Shown piece by piece: positions 20,713 to 31,600 of a DNA stretch of 64,000 bases. The notes below the pieces were generated by a model. It saw nothing but the letters and a program-made list of their open reading frames with translations, was not told the origin of the DNA and searched no databases. This DNA comes from Nitrospinaceae bacterium. Lineage in GTDB: Bacteria; Nitrospinota; Nitrospinia; Nitrospinales; Nitrospinaceae. Positions within the stretch are counted from its first letter, which is position 1; each line of letters starts with the position of its first letter. A program made the translations under genes and the position numbers. The DNA is taken from the NCBI GenBank assembly GCA_965223665.1, contig OZ245011.1, positions 2,976,001 to 3,040,000 on the forward strand, in the 5' to 3' direction.

Positions 20713-22251
20713 TTAGTAGGTTTTTTTGGGAACTTTGGGAGCCAGAATGGCGAGGATCGGAATAAATGCCAGGCAGAGATAACAAAAAATATCCCCAAAT
20801 TGAGCATATAAGGTTGGTCCGCTGGTGGTTGGCAGAATAGAAGTGACTAAATAGGCCTCAGTAAATATATCAGTCGTGGGTACAATTCTGCCCCAGGGGT
20901 CGATAGCCCCAGTAATACCGGTATTTGCAGCACGGACAATGGGAACACGATTTTCGACGGCCCGCAGGGCGGCCATACTAATATGTTGGTAGGAAGCCGC
21001 ACTTTTACCAAACCAGGCATCATTGGTAATATTCACCAGAAAATTCGCGCCATTAGAAACGGGTTGTCGAACTAAATCCGGGAAAGCAATTTCATAACAA
21101 ATGGAAATACCAAATTTATAAAGATTTTCAAAATCGAATACGACTCCCGCGTTTCCACGACCAAAATCCCCAATGCCTTCCACCATTTTATCCAGGAAAA
21201 ACAAAACTTTTCGAAATGGAATGAACTCGCCGAATGGAACGAGATGAATTTTGTCGTAACGTTTAGCTTTTGGTGAAGAGGGAGTTAGAAAATATGCACT
21301 GTTATAACTAATAGGAGTTTGGTTTTTCATTTTAAGAAAAGGACTACCAAAAACTAACGGTGTTTTTGTATCTTTGATAATTTGAGAAATATAAAGAAAA
21401 CCTTTTTCATCCCGCTCATAATAAAACGGTGTGACCGCTTCAGGCCAAACGATTAAATCCGGCTTATTCTTTAAAGAAGCCAATGTGAGATCCCTGTATT
21501 TTTCCATCACATCATTTTTGTATTTGGGATTCCACTTCATTTCTTGAGGAATGTTTCCTTGAATTAAGGCCACCTTAAGCGGGGAACCAAGATTGTGGAA
21601 AGATCTATCTAAGGAGAAATAGCCAAATCCCAAACAAGCTGCAAGGATTAACACCGTGGTGGTGACCACTCTCAATCGATATTGGTCCCAGGGTTTCTCC
21701 ATTGAAATGGCAGGACATAATATATAGAAACAACCCGCGTTAACCAAAACGATTAGTGCTGAGATTCCATAGACTCCCGTAAACTCGGCCATTTGTATTA
21801 TTGGTAAATTTTGAAATTGGGAGTAACCCAGGCCTTGCCATGAAAACCCATATTCAAGATGAGTGGAACGGATGTATTCCAGACCCGTCCAAATCAAAGG
21901 GGCCAGTATGAACCAATACACTGCATTTCCTTTGCTCAATAGATTTACCAAATAAGAAAATAAGCTAATATAAAAAGCTAGATAGACCGATAGAAGCAAC
22001 AAAATGAGCCAACTGATCACCATGGGGATGTTTCCATAGTTAACGAGAGTGTTGTTTATCCAGGAAAGACTAGTGACATAAAATACGGTTCCGGTAATGA
22101 ATCCACAACCTGCTGCTTTTTTAGGAGAGCTTCCATAAATACAGAAAAATAAAGGGATTAGGGCAACCCAACTGAGCCACTCAAAATTATATTTGGGAAA
22201 AGACAGTGAAAGCAAAATTCCACTGAGTGCAGATAAAATTAAAAATTTCAT
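20713..22251 (-). CDS. lnt: Apolipoprotein N-acyltransferase
   Basis: QGNIPQ, WPEA, YDKIHLVPFGE, ICYE, TNDAWFG, RAVENR, RAANTG. Confidence 0.95.
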   Translation of the reverse strand: MKFLILSALSGILLSLSFPKYNFEWLSWVALIPLFFCIYGSSPKKAAGCGFITGTVFYVTSLSWINNTLVNYGNIPMVISWLILLLLSVYLAFYISLFSYLVNLLSKGNAVYWFILAPLIWTGLEYIRSTHLEYGFSWQGLGYSQFQNLPIIQMAEFTGVYGISALIVLVNAGCFYILCPAISMEKPWDQYRLRVVTTTVLILAACLGFGYFSLDRSFHNLGSPLKVALIQGNIPQEMKWNPKYKNDVMEKYRDLTLASLKNKPDLIVWPEAVTPFYYERDEKGFLYISQIIKDTKTPLVFGSPFLKMKNQTPISYNSAYFLTPSSPKAKRYDKIHLVPFGEFIPFRKVLFFLDKMVEGIGDFGRGNAGVVFDFENLYKFGISICYEIAFPDLVRQPVSNGANFLVNITNDAWFGKSAASYQHISMAALRAVENRVPIVRAANTGITGAIDPWGRIVPTTDIFTEAYLVTSILPTTSGPTLYAQFGDIFCYLCLAFIPILAILAPKVPKKTY

Positions 22252-22333
22252 AGAGTTAGGAATAGTGTTCGCTTAATACGGCTAAATCCGATATAGTATA
22301 CAATTTGCGGAAAGAATTCTCAGGAAACTTATT

Positions 22334-22594
22334 GTGGCCTCACAAAAACAAATTTTAGAAAATTTTAAAAAGGTTTGCATTTGCCGTAGCATCACAGGTG
22401 GAACTATTTTAAAGGCCATGAAAGATGGACATCTCACGTTTGAATCTCTGCGCAGAAAAATAAATGTTGGTACCGGAAATTGTAATGCCAAACGTTGCCG
22501 CGAAAAAATTGAAGCCAAGCTTCGCGATTATAAAGCCTCCCTCCCAGAAAACCAAACAAACGATAACCCACCTGTTGCCAAAAAGATAAATTAA
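22334..22594 (+). CDS. BFD-like [2Fe-2S]-binding protein
   Basis: VCICR...GTGNCNAKRC cysteine pattern. Confidence 0.75.
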   Translation: MASQKQILENFKKVCICRSITGGTILKAMKDGHLTFESLRRKINVGTGNCNAKRCREKIEAKLRDYKASLPENQTNDNPPVAKKIN

Positions 22595-22674
22595 AATCGG
22601 CATCAATTATTTAAAAATATTTTCTACGATTTTACAAAAACATTTTTTTGTTTTTAAAGGTAGAATGATTCGCT

Positions 22675-23277
22675 ATGAAAATTAAATCCTGCATTTTAGT
22701 TTTAATATTATGGAATATATTTGTATTAGATCTCAGCGCTCAGGAAATTTCATATACCGATAAGTTTGTTCAAGCAGCCCTCAGGCGTACTCAAGAGCAA
22801 GTAGTTTATGATGGTCGTTATTTTACAATTCCGTATCCGGGTGGTGATGTTCCTGCTAATGTCGGAGTGTGTACCGATGTAATCATCCGCACTTATCGAG
22901 TTCTTGGAATTGATTTACAAAAAAGAGTGCATGAGGATATGAAATCCCATTTTGAACTTTACCCAAAAACCTGGGGATTGAAAAAACCGGATTCTAATAT
23001 TGATCATCGCCGAGTTCCCAACCTACAAGTGTTTTTTACTCGCAAGGGCCAGGCGCTTCCCATTTCAGGGAAAGGTAGCGATTATAAACCTGGTGATATT
23101 GTGACCTGGAATTTGTCAACCCAGAGAATTTTGCCTCATATTGGAATTGTTACGGATTTAAAATCTGAAAATAATAAGCGACCTTTAATAGTTCATAATA
23201 TTGGTCGCGGGCCGGAACTAGAAGATATGTTATTCGATTTCAAAATCACCGGGCACTATCGTTACTTAGAAAAGTAA
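22675..23277 (+). CDS. DUF1287 (YijF-like) protein
   Basis: YPGGDVP..GVCTDV.IR, DSNIDHRRVPNL, PGDIVTW, HIGIV, HNIG. Confidence 0.85.
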   Translation: MKIKSCILVLILWNIFVLDLSAQEISYTDKFVQAALRRTQEQVVYDGRYFTIPYPGGDVPANVGVCTDVIIRTYRVLGIDLQKRVHEDMKSHFELYPKTWGLKKPDSNIDHRRVPNLQVFFTRKGQALPISGKGSDYKPGDIVTWNLSTQRILPHIGIVTDLKSENNKRPLIVHNIGRGPELEDMLFDFKITGHYRYLEK

Positions 23278-23357
23278 AGATATCTAAATCGATTTTTGAG
23301 AAACGAATTTAGTGCATTGTTTGGTAGATTCTGAATTAAATCCCCCTTTCAACTTGG

Positions 23358-23795
23358 ATGTCTTCTCCAAGTTTCCAATCAGCCTTAAAGTTTATGACCG
23401 ACTTTAGAGAAGAAATTATTCGAAATGCTGCCATAATTAACCAACTTCATAAACACATACATTTTACCTTTCAATTTCGTTACGAAAGTGATGAAAAATA
23501 TGAGGAGTGGTCCGCGGCGTGTGAAAATTTCCGTGTCCAATATGACTTGCTTGCTTTTCCGGGGGGTTGGGACGGCGCGTTAATAAAGATCATTAAGGGC
23601 GATCCGGATGCCATGGAAGCGGCAATTTGTTTTTTGGAAATTCGACCTTATTTTTTTCAATCCGGTTACATGTTCAAAGACATTATAAGAAAAGCCAAAA
23701 AAGCTCCCCTATCTGAGAATCAACGCAAAAGATTTGAGACGGTGGTCAAAGCCTATAAGAAATATAGGGCTGCAAGAAATGCGGCGAAACATTAA
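23358..23795 (+). CDS. Hypothetical protein
   Basis: 145-aa ORF filling the intergenic space; FLEIRPYFFQSGY motif. Confidence 0.55.
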   Translation: MSSPSFQSALKFMTDFREEIIRNAAIINQLHKHIHFTFQFRYESDEKYEEWSAACENFRVQYDLLAFPGGWDGALIKIIKGDPDAMEAAICFLEIRPYFFQSGYMFKDIIRKAKKAPLSENQRKRFETVVKAYKKYRAARNAAKH

Positions 23796-23822
23796 AATGT
23801 GGAAGTTTAATAAAAAAAAAGT

Positions 23823-25019
23823 CTAAAGAGATTTAAATGCCTGCTCTATTCTATCAAGTCCTTTTTCCAGGTTTTCCATAGAAGTAGCAAAGGAAAGTCG
23901 GGCATTATTATCTGCACCAAAAGCGACACCGGGAACGATTGCCACTTTAGCTTCTTCTAATAAATATGCGGCCGCATCAAGAGAACCTTTAATTGTTTTC
24001 CCATTCCATTCTTTGCCAAAACAACCCGAGATGTCCGGAAACGAATAAAATGAACCTACCGGTTGATAGCAGGACATTCCTTCGATTTCCTCATATCGTT
24101 TCATTACAAAATTTCTACGTTTTTGGAATTCTTGCACCATGGTTGCAATGACCTGAGGAGTCTCGTTTCCCGTCAGGGCTTCTATGCAAGCGGCTTGGGA
24201 AATAGAAGTGGGATTAGAAGTGGATTGACCCTGTAACTTGCCGACTGCTTTTGCAATTTCTGGTTCTGCTGCTAGGTAACCAATTCGCCATCCTGTCATG
24301 GCAAAACATTTGGATGCTCCGTTGATGACCACACTGTTGCGTTTTATCTCTTCATCTAAAGAAGCGATGCTTACATGTTCAAAATCATCGAATATGATTT
24401 TTTCATAAATTTCATCACTCACAATCAGCAGTTTATTTTTTAAGGCCACTTCTGCAAGTTGTTCTAGTTCTTGTTTAGAATAAGCGGATCCCGTCGGATT
24501 GGACGGGCTGTTAATGACTATCGCTCGAGTATTGGGTGTCACTGCTTCCTGCAATTGTTCCGGTGTCATTTTAAATCCGGAACTTTCATCCGTATTTAAG
24601 ATGACAGGTGTGGCATTGGATAAAGTCACCATATCCGGATACGAGACCCAATACGGTCCGGGAATAATCACTTCATCGCCCGTGTCCCACAACACCTGCG
24701 CCAAATTGTAAAATGAATGTTTCGCCCCGCAAGAAACTACGATTTGGTCTCGCTTGTAATCCAAATGGTTATCGGTTTTAAATTTATGGATGACGGCGTC
24801 TTTGAGAGCAAGGGTTCCCGTGACAACGGTGTAATACGTCTCATTGGCGTCAATCGCTTTTTTGGCAGCTTCCTTAATATTTTCAGGGGTGGAGAAATCC
24901 GGTTCACCCGCACCAAAGCCAATGACATCGATTCCCTGCGACCTCAGTTCGTTGGCCTTTGCGGTAATCGCAAGGGTCATTGAGGGTTGAACTTTCTGAA
25001 TTCGATTGGCAAATTTCAT
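23823..25019 (-). CDS. aspC: Aspartate aminotransferase (class I/II PLP-dependent)
   Basis: GEPDF, NSPSNPTG, SDEIY, SKCFAMTGWRIG, PGVAFG, RLSFA. Confidence 0.85.
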   Translation of the reverse strand: MKFANRIQKVQPSMTLAITAKANELRSQGIDVIGFGAGEPDFSTPENIKEAAKKAIDANETYYTVVTGTLALKDAVIHKFKTDNHLDYKRDQIVVSCGAKHSFYNLAQVLWDTGDEVIIPGPYWVSYPDMVTLSNATPVILNTDESSGFKMTPEQLQEAVTPNTRAIVINSPSNPTGSAYSKQELEQLAEVALKNKLLIVSDEIYEKIIFDDFEHVSIASLDEEIKRNSVVINGASKCFAMTGWRIGYLAAEPEIAKAVGKLQGQSTSNPTSISQAACIEALTGNETPQVIATMVQEFQKRRNFVMKRYEEIEGMSCYQPVGSFYSFPDISGCFGKEWNGKTIKGSLDAAAYLLEEAKVAIVPGVAFGADNNARLSFATSMENLEKGLDRIEQAFKSL

Positions 25020-25501
25020 AGTTTAAGTTTTGAGAAACCTTTAATTACGGGTTTAGGTACCATCTTGGAAACATCCCCACCGTGCTTGGCAATTTCCTTA
25101 ACAAAACTGGAGCTTAAAAAAGAGAACTCCTGGCTGGGAATTAAAAACACAGTTTCTAAAGAGTCGTTTAAATTTCGGTTCATGAGTCCCATTTGTAATT
25201 CATATTCAAAATCTGAAACTGCCCGTAATCCTTTAATAATAATTCTTGCGTCAAATGATTCTGCAAAATCAGTAAGCAAGGTTTCGAATGGTAATACTTC
25301 TATGTTTTCCCAACTTTTGACGGCTGAACTAATAAAACTAACTCTTTCATCAATGGAAAATAAAGGGTTTTTTTTAGGATTATGAGCGACTGCAACCACC
25401 AACCTGTCACAAAAGGTTAGGGCTCGTTTCATAATATCCAAATGACCAAAAGTGACGGGATCAAAAGTTCCAGGATATATGGCGGTTCGCTTATTTTTCA
25501 T
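25016..25501 (-). CDS. coaD: Phosphopantetheine adenylyltransferase
   Basis: YPGTFDPVTFGH, GLRAVSDFEYE, SSSFVKE. Confidence 0.97.
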   Translation of the reverse strand: MKNKRTAIYPGTFDPVTFGHLDIMKRALTFCDRLVVAVAHNPKKNPLFSIDERVSFISSAVKSWENIEVLPFETLLTDFAESFDARIIIKGLRAVSDFEYELQMGLMNRNLNDSLETVFLIPSQEFSFLSSSFVKEIAKHGGDVSKMVPKPVIKGFSKLKL

Positions 25502-26215
25502 AGATCCATAGATAACTTGAGTAAAAAGAACCGGGATTATAACTTTAAAAATATTTGGTGAAAAGTATAAATCTTCGCCTCATTAGGGATATTTATAACT
25601 ATTATGGATACTCACAACTCAATAGATGTTAAACCAGTGTTCTTTCTATATATGGAAGAAAACCTAAGGATTTTCCAAATTTTATGGCTTTTGGATTGAT
25701 TATAGAAACTACCCAAACAGCAACTAATAAAAATTCTTATAAGGGGTAGGATGTCTTTTTTGTTTGCAAGAAGGGGGTTTTATAAAATTTTTTAAGAGAA
25801 TTTTTTAATTATTGTTTGGAAAAATAAAAAAAGTTAAAAATTTTCAATTTGATACCTTAAAATATAAAATTTTTGCAGCAGATGCAGCCTCAAATGGAGA
25901 GCAGTATTTTATATTTTATAGATTTTAATAAATGAAAAAACTAGTGCAATTCTAATTATTTATTTAAAAACAGCAAGTTAGAATTAAATCGATTTAAAAA
26001 ATTCGATTATTTTGAATTTTTTTACCAAATTTTTTATGGTAAAAAATTCAAAAAATCCAAAAAAATACATGAAAAATATTGAATTGTTTGTAGTTATGTT
26101 ATAGATTGGCGGCAATTAAAAAGGGATAAAATTTGTCTTTTTTTATTCCAATTAATTTCCTGTATTGGGCTTCAAAACACGTCAAAAAAATTGCAATTTC
26201 CCTGAAAAAAAGGGT

Positions 26216-26244
26216 TTGACAAGATTTTTATATTCACGTATAAA
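26216..26244 (+). promoter_or_regulatory. Near-consensus sigma70 promoter upstream of nxrA
   Basis: TTGACA-N17-TATAAA, about 385 bp upstream of the nxrA start. Confidence 0.65.
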
Positions 26245-26364
26245 GAGGCATGCTCAAAAGCCCCTGCAGGCAAAAAAACGGTTTTTTTGAATATAAAATT
26301 GTTTTTTCTTGGGATTTATTGTCCATGAAAATTAGTGATACAAATTATATTTTGTCCAAAACTC

Positions 26365-26416
26365 AAACCCCGTTTTGAGGCGTATTTATGCCTTGAGGCG
26401 GGGTTTATTTTTTTTT
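26365..26416 (+). terminator. Intrinsic terminator-like hairpin inside the nxrA upstream region
   Basis: AAACCCCGTTTTGAGGCGT-ATTT-ATGCCTTGAGGCGGGGTTT (19-bp stem including G-U pairs) followed by A and nine T. Confidence 0.65.
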
Positions 26417-26630
26417 GAAGTGTTTGTAATAAATAAGTATTGACCTTTGATATTTCGGGGCACAAATTTAGTTATAAAGTTGGAATTTTTAAGTTCAACA
26501 AAAAAAATTTTTAGATTTCAGAAAGGAGGGTTTTTAGGGTAGCTTCCAATTTGGAGGGGAGCTGCGAAGAAGGAACAGGATTAAATTTTAGGTTGTAAAA
26601 CTTAATTAACCTATAGGGAGGTTTCACTCT

Positions 26631-29600
26631 ATGCGTTTAAATCGAAGAAAATTCTTACAAGTGAGTGCTGGTGTAGCTACGGCTATGGCGCTTTCAAGTA
26701 AGAGAGTCGGAGCTCAATTAAAGCCCGTAGTGAAGGTAGGAAATCCTCTGGAATCCTATCCAGATCGTCGTTGGGAAGAAGTTTACCGAGATCAATATAA
26801 GTATGAGCGTTCTTTTACATACTGTTGTTCTCCTAACGACACTCACCAATGTCGCGTTCGTGGTTTCGTACGTAACGGCATCCTGATGCGTATTGAGCAG
26901 AACTATGACCATCATAAGGTTAAAGATCTGTATGGTAATCAGGCTGACGCTGCTTGGAACCCAAGAATGTGTCTGCGCGGTATGACCTATCCACGACGTG
27001 CTTACGGTCCTTACCGAAACAAGTATCCAATGATCCGCGTTGGTTGGAAACAATGGGCGGACGATGGGTTCCCATACTTGGATAAAGAAAATCGGGAAAA
27101 ATATAAGTTCACAAGCCGAGGTACAGATGAATTCGTTCGTTTGACCTGGGATGATACATTTACCTATCTCGCAAAAGGCCACGTAGCTGTTGGTAAAGCT
27201 TACAGTGGTGCTCGCGGTGCTCAGCGCTTGAAAAACGAAGGTTACCAGCCTGAAATGATCGAAGCGATGGGTGGATCCGGTCCTCGTACTTTTAAGTATC
27301 GTGGTGGAATGGGTCTATTAGGTGTTGTAGGTAAATATGGTATTTATCGACTTGCTAATATGGCTGGTCTGCTCGACGCGATTATTCGTGGTCGTGGTCC
27401 TGGTCAGGTATTAGGTGGTCGTGCATGGTCTAACTACACCTGGCACGGTGACCAAGCTCCTGGTCATTCCTGGACACACGGAATGCAGACTTCTGATATC
27501 GACTTTGCGGATCATCGTTATGCGAAGTTGACCATTCAATGGGGTAAAAACCTCATCGAAAACAAAATGCCTGAAGCGCACTGGTATACAGAAATTATGG
27601 AACGTGGTGGTACCTTGGTTACAGTGTGTCCAGAGTACAATCCTCCTTCCACAAAAGCTGACTACTGGGTGCCTTGTCGTGCAGGTTTGTCAGACATCTC
27701 CGTATTCTTGGGTTGTGCCAAGATTATTATGGACGAAGGTCTGGTAGATGTGCCTTACGTTAAAGATTACACCGATATGCCGTTGTTGGTAAGAACTGAC
27801 AACCTCATGCGGTTGCATCCTGATGATTATATTCCTGGTTATAAAAACCAGCCGCTTCCAAAAGATGGTTTCACCACGAAGTGGATGAAAAACTTCAATC
27901 GGGACAAAATGCCTGACTTTGTTGTGTGGGATACCACCACTGACAAGCCAGTAGCAATCAACCGTGAAGATATCGGCGCAAAAATGCGTAAGAAGAAAAT
28001 CGATCCTGCATTGGACGGTGTTTTCGATATCAAATTGGTAAGTGGTAAAACCATTACGGTTATGCCTCTTTATGAGATGTACAAAATCCATCTGAAGGAT
28101 TATGATCTGGATACAGTTAACCAGATTTCTCATGCTCCTAAAGACTTGGTAGTACGTCTTGCTCGTGATATCGGTACCATTAAGCCAGTTGAAATTCACT
28201 ATGGTGAAGGTATTAACCATTACTTCCATGCAACCATGCACAACCGTGCATCTTATGTTCCTCTTATGTTAACGGGTAACGTTGGACCGAAAGGTTCTGG
28301 TTCTCATACATGGGCAGGTAACTACAAAGCTGGTAACTACCAAGGATCTCACTGGTCTGGACCTGGTTTCGCAGCAATGGTTGCTGAAGATCCTTTCAAC
28401 CCAATTTTAGATCCAGCGAAAAATACTGACTGGGCTAATGTTAAGGGTTATTTGAAAGGTGAGGAAGTTAGTTACTGGGCTCACCGCGATAAAGCTTTGA
28501 TCGTTAATACCCCACGGTATGGACGAAAAGTTTTCACCGGTCGATCTCATATGCCAACACCTACCAAACTGGTTTGGTACGTAAACGTTAACGTAATTAA
28601 CAATGCGAAGTGGTTCTACGAATTGGTATTTAATACCAATAACAATGTAGACATGATCGTAGCTCAGGATATCGAGTTCACTGGTTCTTGTGAATACTCT
28701 GATATCGTTCTTGCCCCGAATTCTTGGGCAGAATTTGAAAGTTATGAAATCACTTCCGCATGTTCAAATCCGTTCCACCAAATTTGGGGTGGCACCGGTA
28801 TTAAACCGATTTTCGATACTATCGACGATAACCTGATCCACAGGGAATTCGCTAAGAGAATGTCGGTTGTAACTGGTGACAAGCGTTTTGCGGATTACTA
28901 TAAGGTTTACGAAGGTGAAGCTCCTAACCGAACAAAAGCGATGATTCGCCGATTGTTCACAACGTCGACCACTGGAATGGGTTACAACATCGATGACATC
29001 ATCAATGGTAAGTACGGTGAGCCAGGATGTTGTTTGATGCTTTTCAGAACCTATCCACGGTCTCCGTTCTGGGAAATGTTCACTGAGTCTAAGCCATACT
29101 ACACTCCTAACGGTCGTATTCAGTTCTATAATGATGAGCCAGAAGCGATTGAATGGGGTGAAAACTTCATCGTTCACAGAGAAGGTCCTGAAGCAACACC
29201 TTATCTGCCGAACGTAATCGTTTCCACAAACCCATATATCCGACCTGACGATTATGGAATTCCTGAAGATGAACAGGATCCAGATCTCCGTCACGTACGG
29301 AATATTAAGAAGCCTTGGTCTTCAGTACGTACGACTAAGAACTTCTTATGGGAAAAAGGTTATCGGTTCTATTGTGTAACTCCTAAGTCCCGACATACCG
29401 CTCATTCGTCCTGGGCGACGACTGACTGGAACATGATCTGGAACAACAACTTTGGTGATCCTTACCGAATGGATAAACGGTCTCCAGGTGTTGGTGAATG
29501 GCAAGTACACATGAACCCATTCCTATGTAAAGACTTGGGAATCAACGATGGTGACTACATCTATTGTGACGCGAATCCTGCGGATCGCCCATACATGGGT

Positions 29601-30092
29601 TGGAAACCATCAGATCCTCGATACAAAGTTGGTCGTTTGATGCTTCGTGCGAAGTATAACCCTGCGTATCCATATCACACCACGATGATGAAACACGCAA
29701 CGTGGATTGGTACAGAGCGTACGGTTAAAGCTCACGAAGAACGACCAGACGGACGTGCTATGTCGATGACGACTCCATATCAGTCTAACTTCCGATATGG
29801 TGGTCAGCAATCGATCACTCGTTCTTGGTTGATGCCTATGCATCAGACTGACAGTCTGTTCCATAAAGCAAAAACCAAAATGAAGTTTAAGCACGGTTAC
29901 GAAGCCGACAACCACGCAGTAAATGCTGTGCCTAAAGAAACTTTAGTTAAGTTCTCTAAGGCAGAGGATGGTGGATTGCACGGTAAGGGATTATGGGAAC
30001 CTGTGCGAACAGGTTACACCCCAGAATCTCCGTTGAAAGACCGTTTTGCTGAGATGTATCTCGCGGGTCAATACACTCGCGTTAAGATTTAA
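26631..30092 (+). CDS. nxrA: Nitrite oxidoreductase alpha subunit (periplasmic type, Mo-bisPGD)
   Basis: Tat motif NRRKFL; CSPNDTHQC...WNPRMC FS0 motif; NYTWHGDQAPG; 1153 aa; typical of the Nitrospina/Nitrospira/anammox NXR clade; RBS GGAGG. Confidence 0.93.
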   Translation: MRLNRRKFLQVSAGVATAMALSSKRVGAQLKPVVKVGNPLESYPDRRWEEVYRDQYKYERSFTYCCSPNDTHQCRVRGFVRNGILMRIEQNYDHHKVKDLYGNQADAAWNPRMCLRGMTYPRRAYGPYRNKYPMIRVGWKQWADDGFPYLDKENREKYKFTSRGTDEFVRLTWDDTFTYLAKGHVAVGKAYSGARGAQRLKNEGYQPEMIEAMGGSGPRTFKYRGGMGLLGVVGKYGIYRLANMAGLLDAIIRGRGPGQVLGGRAWSNYTWHGDQAPGHSWTHGMQTSDIDFADHRYAKLTIQWGKNLIENKMPEAHWYTEIMERGGTLVTVCPEYNPPSTKADYWVPCRAGLSDISVFLGCAKIIMDEGLVDVPYVKDYTDMPLLVRTDNLMRLHPDDYIPGYKNQPLPKDGFTTKWMKNFNRDKMPDFVVWDTTTDKPVAINREDIGAKMRKKKIDPALDGVFDIKLVSGKTITVMPLYEMYKIHLKDYDLDTVNQISHAPKDLVVRLARDIGTIKPVEIHYGEGINHYFHATMHNRASYVPLMLTGNVGPKGSGSHTWAGNYKAGNYQGSHWSGPGFAAMVAEDPFNPILDPAKNTDWANVKGYLKGEEVSYWAHRDKALIVNTPRYGRKVFTGRSHMPTPTKLVWYVNVNVINNAKWFYELVFNTNNNVDMIVAQDIEFTGSCEYSDIVLAPNSWAEFESYEITSACSNPFHQIWGGTGIKPIFDTIDDNLIHREFAKRMSVVTGDKRFADYYKVYEGEAPNRTKAMIRRLFTTSTTGMGYNIDDIINGKYGEPGCCLMLFRTYPRSPFWEMFTESKPYYTPNGRIQFYNDEPEAIEWGENFIVHREGPEATPYLPNVIVSTNPYIRPDDYGIPEDEQDPDLRHVRNIKKPWSSVRTTKNFLWEKGYRFYCVTPKSRHTAHSSWATTDWNMIWNNNFGDPYRMDKRSPGVGEWQVHMNPFLCKDLGINDGDYIYCDANPADRPYMGWKPSDPRYKVGRLMLRAKYNPAYPYHTTMMKHATWIGTERTVKAHEERPDGRAMSMTTPYQSNFRYGGQQSITRSWLMPMHQTDSLFHKAKTKMKFKHGYEADNHAVNAVPKETLVKFSKAEDGGLHGKGLWEPVRTGYTPESPLKDRFAEMYLAGQYTRVKI

Positions 30093-30103
30093 TCACGGTG
30101 ATA

Positions 30104-30131
30104 GATTGCGAGCCTTTTGGGGCTCGCAATC
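30104..30131 (+). other. Intercistronic stem-loop nxrA/nxrB (no U-tract)
   Basis: GATTGCGAGCC-TTTTGG-GGCTCGCAATC, perfect 11-bp stem. Confidence 0.7.
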
Positions 30132-30205
30132 GAAACCCGGTTTTCAACTACTATTAATAACCAGAATCGGGAGATTTGAGCCCCGGTTTTTACGGAGGTA
30201 AAACG

Positions 30206-31483
30206 ATGCCTGAAGTATATAACTGGCAATTGGGTCGAATGGCGACCTATGTATACGAGGAGAAACACCCGAAGGAGCAGTTTACTTTCGTGTTCAACAC
30301 GAACCGTTGTATTGCGTGTCAAACCTGTACGATGGCTCATAAATCCACCTGGACCTTCTCAAAAGGTCAAGAATATATGTGGTGGAACAATGTTGAAACG
30401 AAGCCTTACGGTGGTTACCCTCAATTTTGGGATTGGAAAATCCTGAAAATGTTGGAACAGTCCAATCCTGGGCAAAACGTATGGAACGTACGCCGAACGT
30501 CTAACAAAGCGATTCATGGTGTTTATGAAGGTGTTACCATCTTCGAAGCTCCTGCAAAAATCGGTTTGAACCAACAGGCGATTGGTTATGTACCTACTGA
30601 CGAAGAGTGGCGCTTCCCGAACTTCGGTGAAGATACTGCTCATGGTCGTGAGTTTACCCAGTCTCGTGAAGGAACGTTCGGTGGTGATAACGGATGTAAA
30701 TCTGTATTGCCTGAACATAAAATTTGGTTTTTCTATTTACAACGGATTTGCAACCACTGTACATATCCAGGTTGTTTAGCAGCTTGTCCTCGAAAAGCGA
30801 TCTATAAGCGCCAAGAGGATGGAATTGTTTTAATCGACCAATCACGTTGTCGCGGATATAAAAAGTGTGTTGAGCAATGTCCTTATAAGAAGCCTATGTT
30901 CCGAGGTACAACTCGAATTTCTGAGAAATGTATCGCTTGTTATCCACGGATTGAAGGTCTGGATCCTTTGACTGAAGGTGATCAGATGGAAACCCGTTGT
31001 ATGGCAGCATGCGTAGGTAAAATTCGTTTACAAGGTCTGGTAAAAGTTGGATCTAACGGCGAATGGGCACATGATCCTGATAATCCACAGTACTACTTGA
31101 TTCGGGATCGAAAAGTTGCATTACCATTGTATCCTCAGTTCGGTACTGAGCCTAATGGTTACTATGTGCCTTCTCGACATGTACCACGTGCTTATTCACA
31201 ACAAATGTTTGGTCCTGGTGTTGACCATGCAATTGACCAGTACATGGTACCGGATCGTGATTTATTGGGTATCTTGCAATTATTCCGCACAACACAGCGG
31301 ATCATCTTTAAGTGGAAACGTGAGCCTGGTCCTAAGATTTTTGAGACCAATATCCACGGTAAGAAATTCGAGATGTTCAATGACACGGTTATCGGGTTTA
31401 ACAGAAAAGGTAAAGAAATCATCCGTGTTACGGTTGAAGAGCCTTTCTATGTAAGACCTGAAGAACATCCTGGTGCTATCTAA
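30206..31483 (+). CDS. nxrB: Nitrite oxidoreductase beta subunit (Fe-S)
   Basis: MPEVYNWQLGR start after GGAGG; CIACQTC, WNNVETKP, CNHCTYPGC, CRGYKKC, KCIACYPR. Confidence 0.93.
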   Translation: MPEVYNWQLGRMATYVYEEKHPKEQFTFVFNTNRCIACQTCTMAHKSTWTFSKGQEYMWWNNVETKPYGGYPQFWDWKILKMLEQSNPGQNVWNVRRTSNKAIHGVYEGVTIFEAPAKIGLNQQAIGYVPTDEEWRFPNFGEDTAHGREFTQSREGTFGGDNGCKSVLPEHKIWFFYLQRICNHCTYPGCLAACPRKAIYKRQEDGIVLIDQSRCRGYKKCVEQCPYKKPMFRGTTRISEKCIACYPRIEGLDPLTEGDQMETRCMAACVGKIRLQGLVKVGSNGEWAHDPDNPQYYLIRDRKVALPLYPQFGTEPNGYYVPSRHVPRAYSQQMFGPGVDHAIDQYMVPDRDLLGILQLFRTTQRIIFKWKREPGPKIFETNIHGKKFEMFNDTVIGFNRKGKEIIRVTVEEPFYVRPEEHPGAI

Positions 31484-31503
31484 TCAACTTAGGTATTTTC
31501 CGC

Positions 31504-31533
31504 TCCGGGGGCGGGCTTTGGTCCGCCCCGGGA
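31504..31533 (+). other. Intercistronic GC-rich stem-loop nxrB/nxrC
   Basis: TCCGGGGGCGGGC-TTTG-GTCCGCCCCGGGA. Confidence 0.65.
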
Positions 31534-31600
31534 TTGCGGTTGCCTGGGTCAATTTAGGCTAATATGGTCAACCCAGAAACTGCTAAACAGGAGGAAAACA

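Noticed and set aside
26631-30092. Respiratory nitrate reductase NarG as an alternative call
   Set aside because: Tat signal, CxxxDxxxC FS0 motif and an EbdC-like gamma subunit, without narJ/narI, fit periplasmic NXR.
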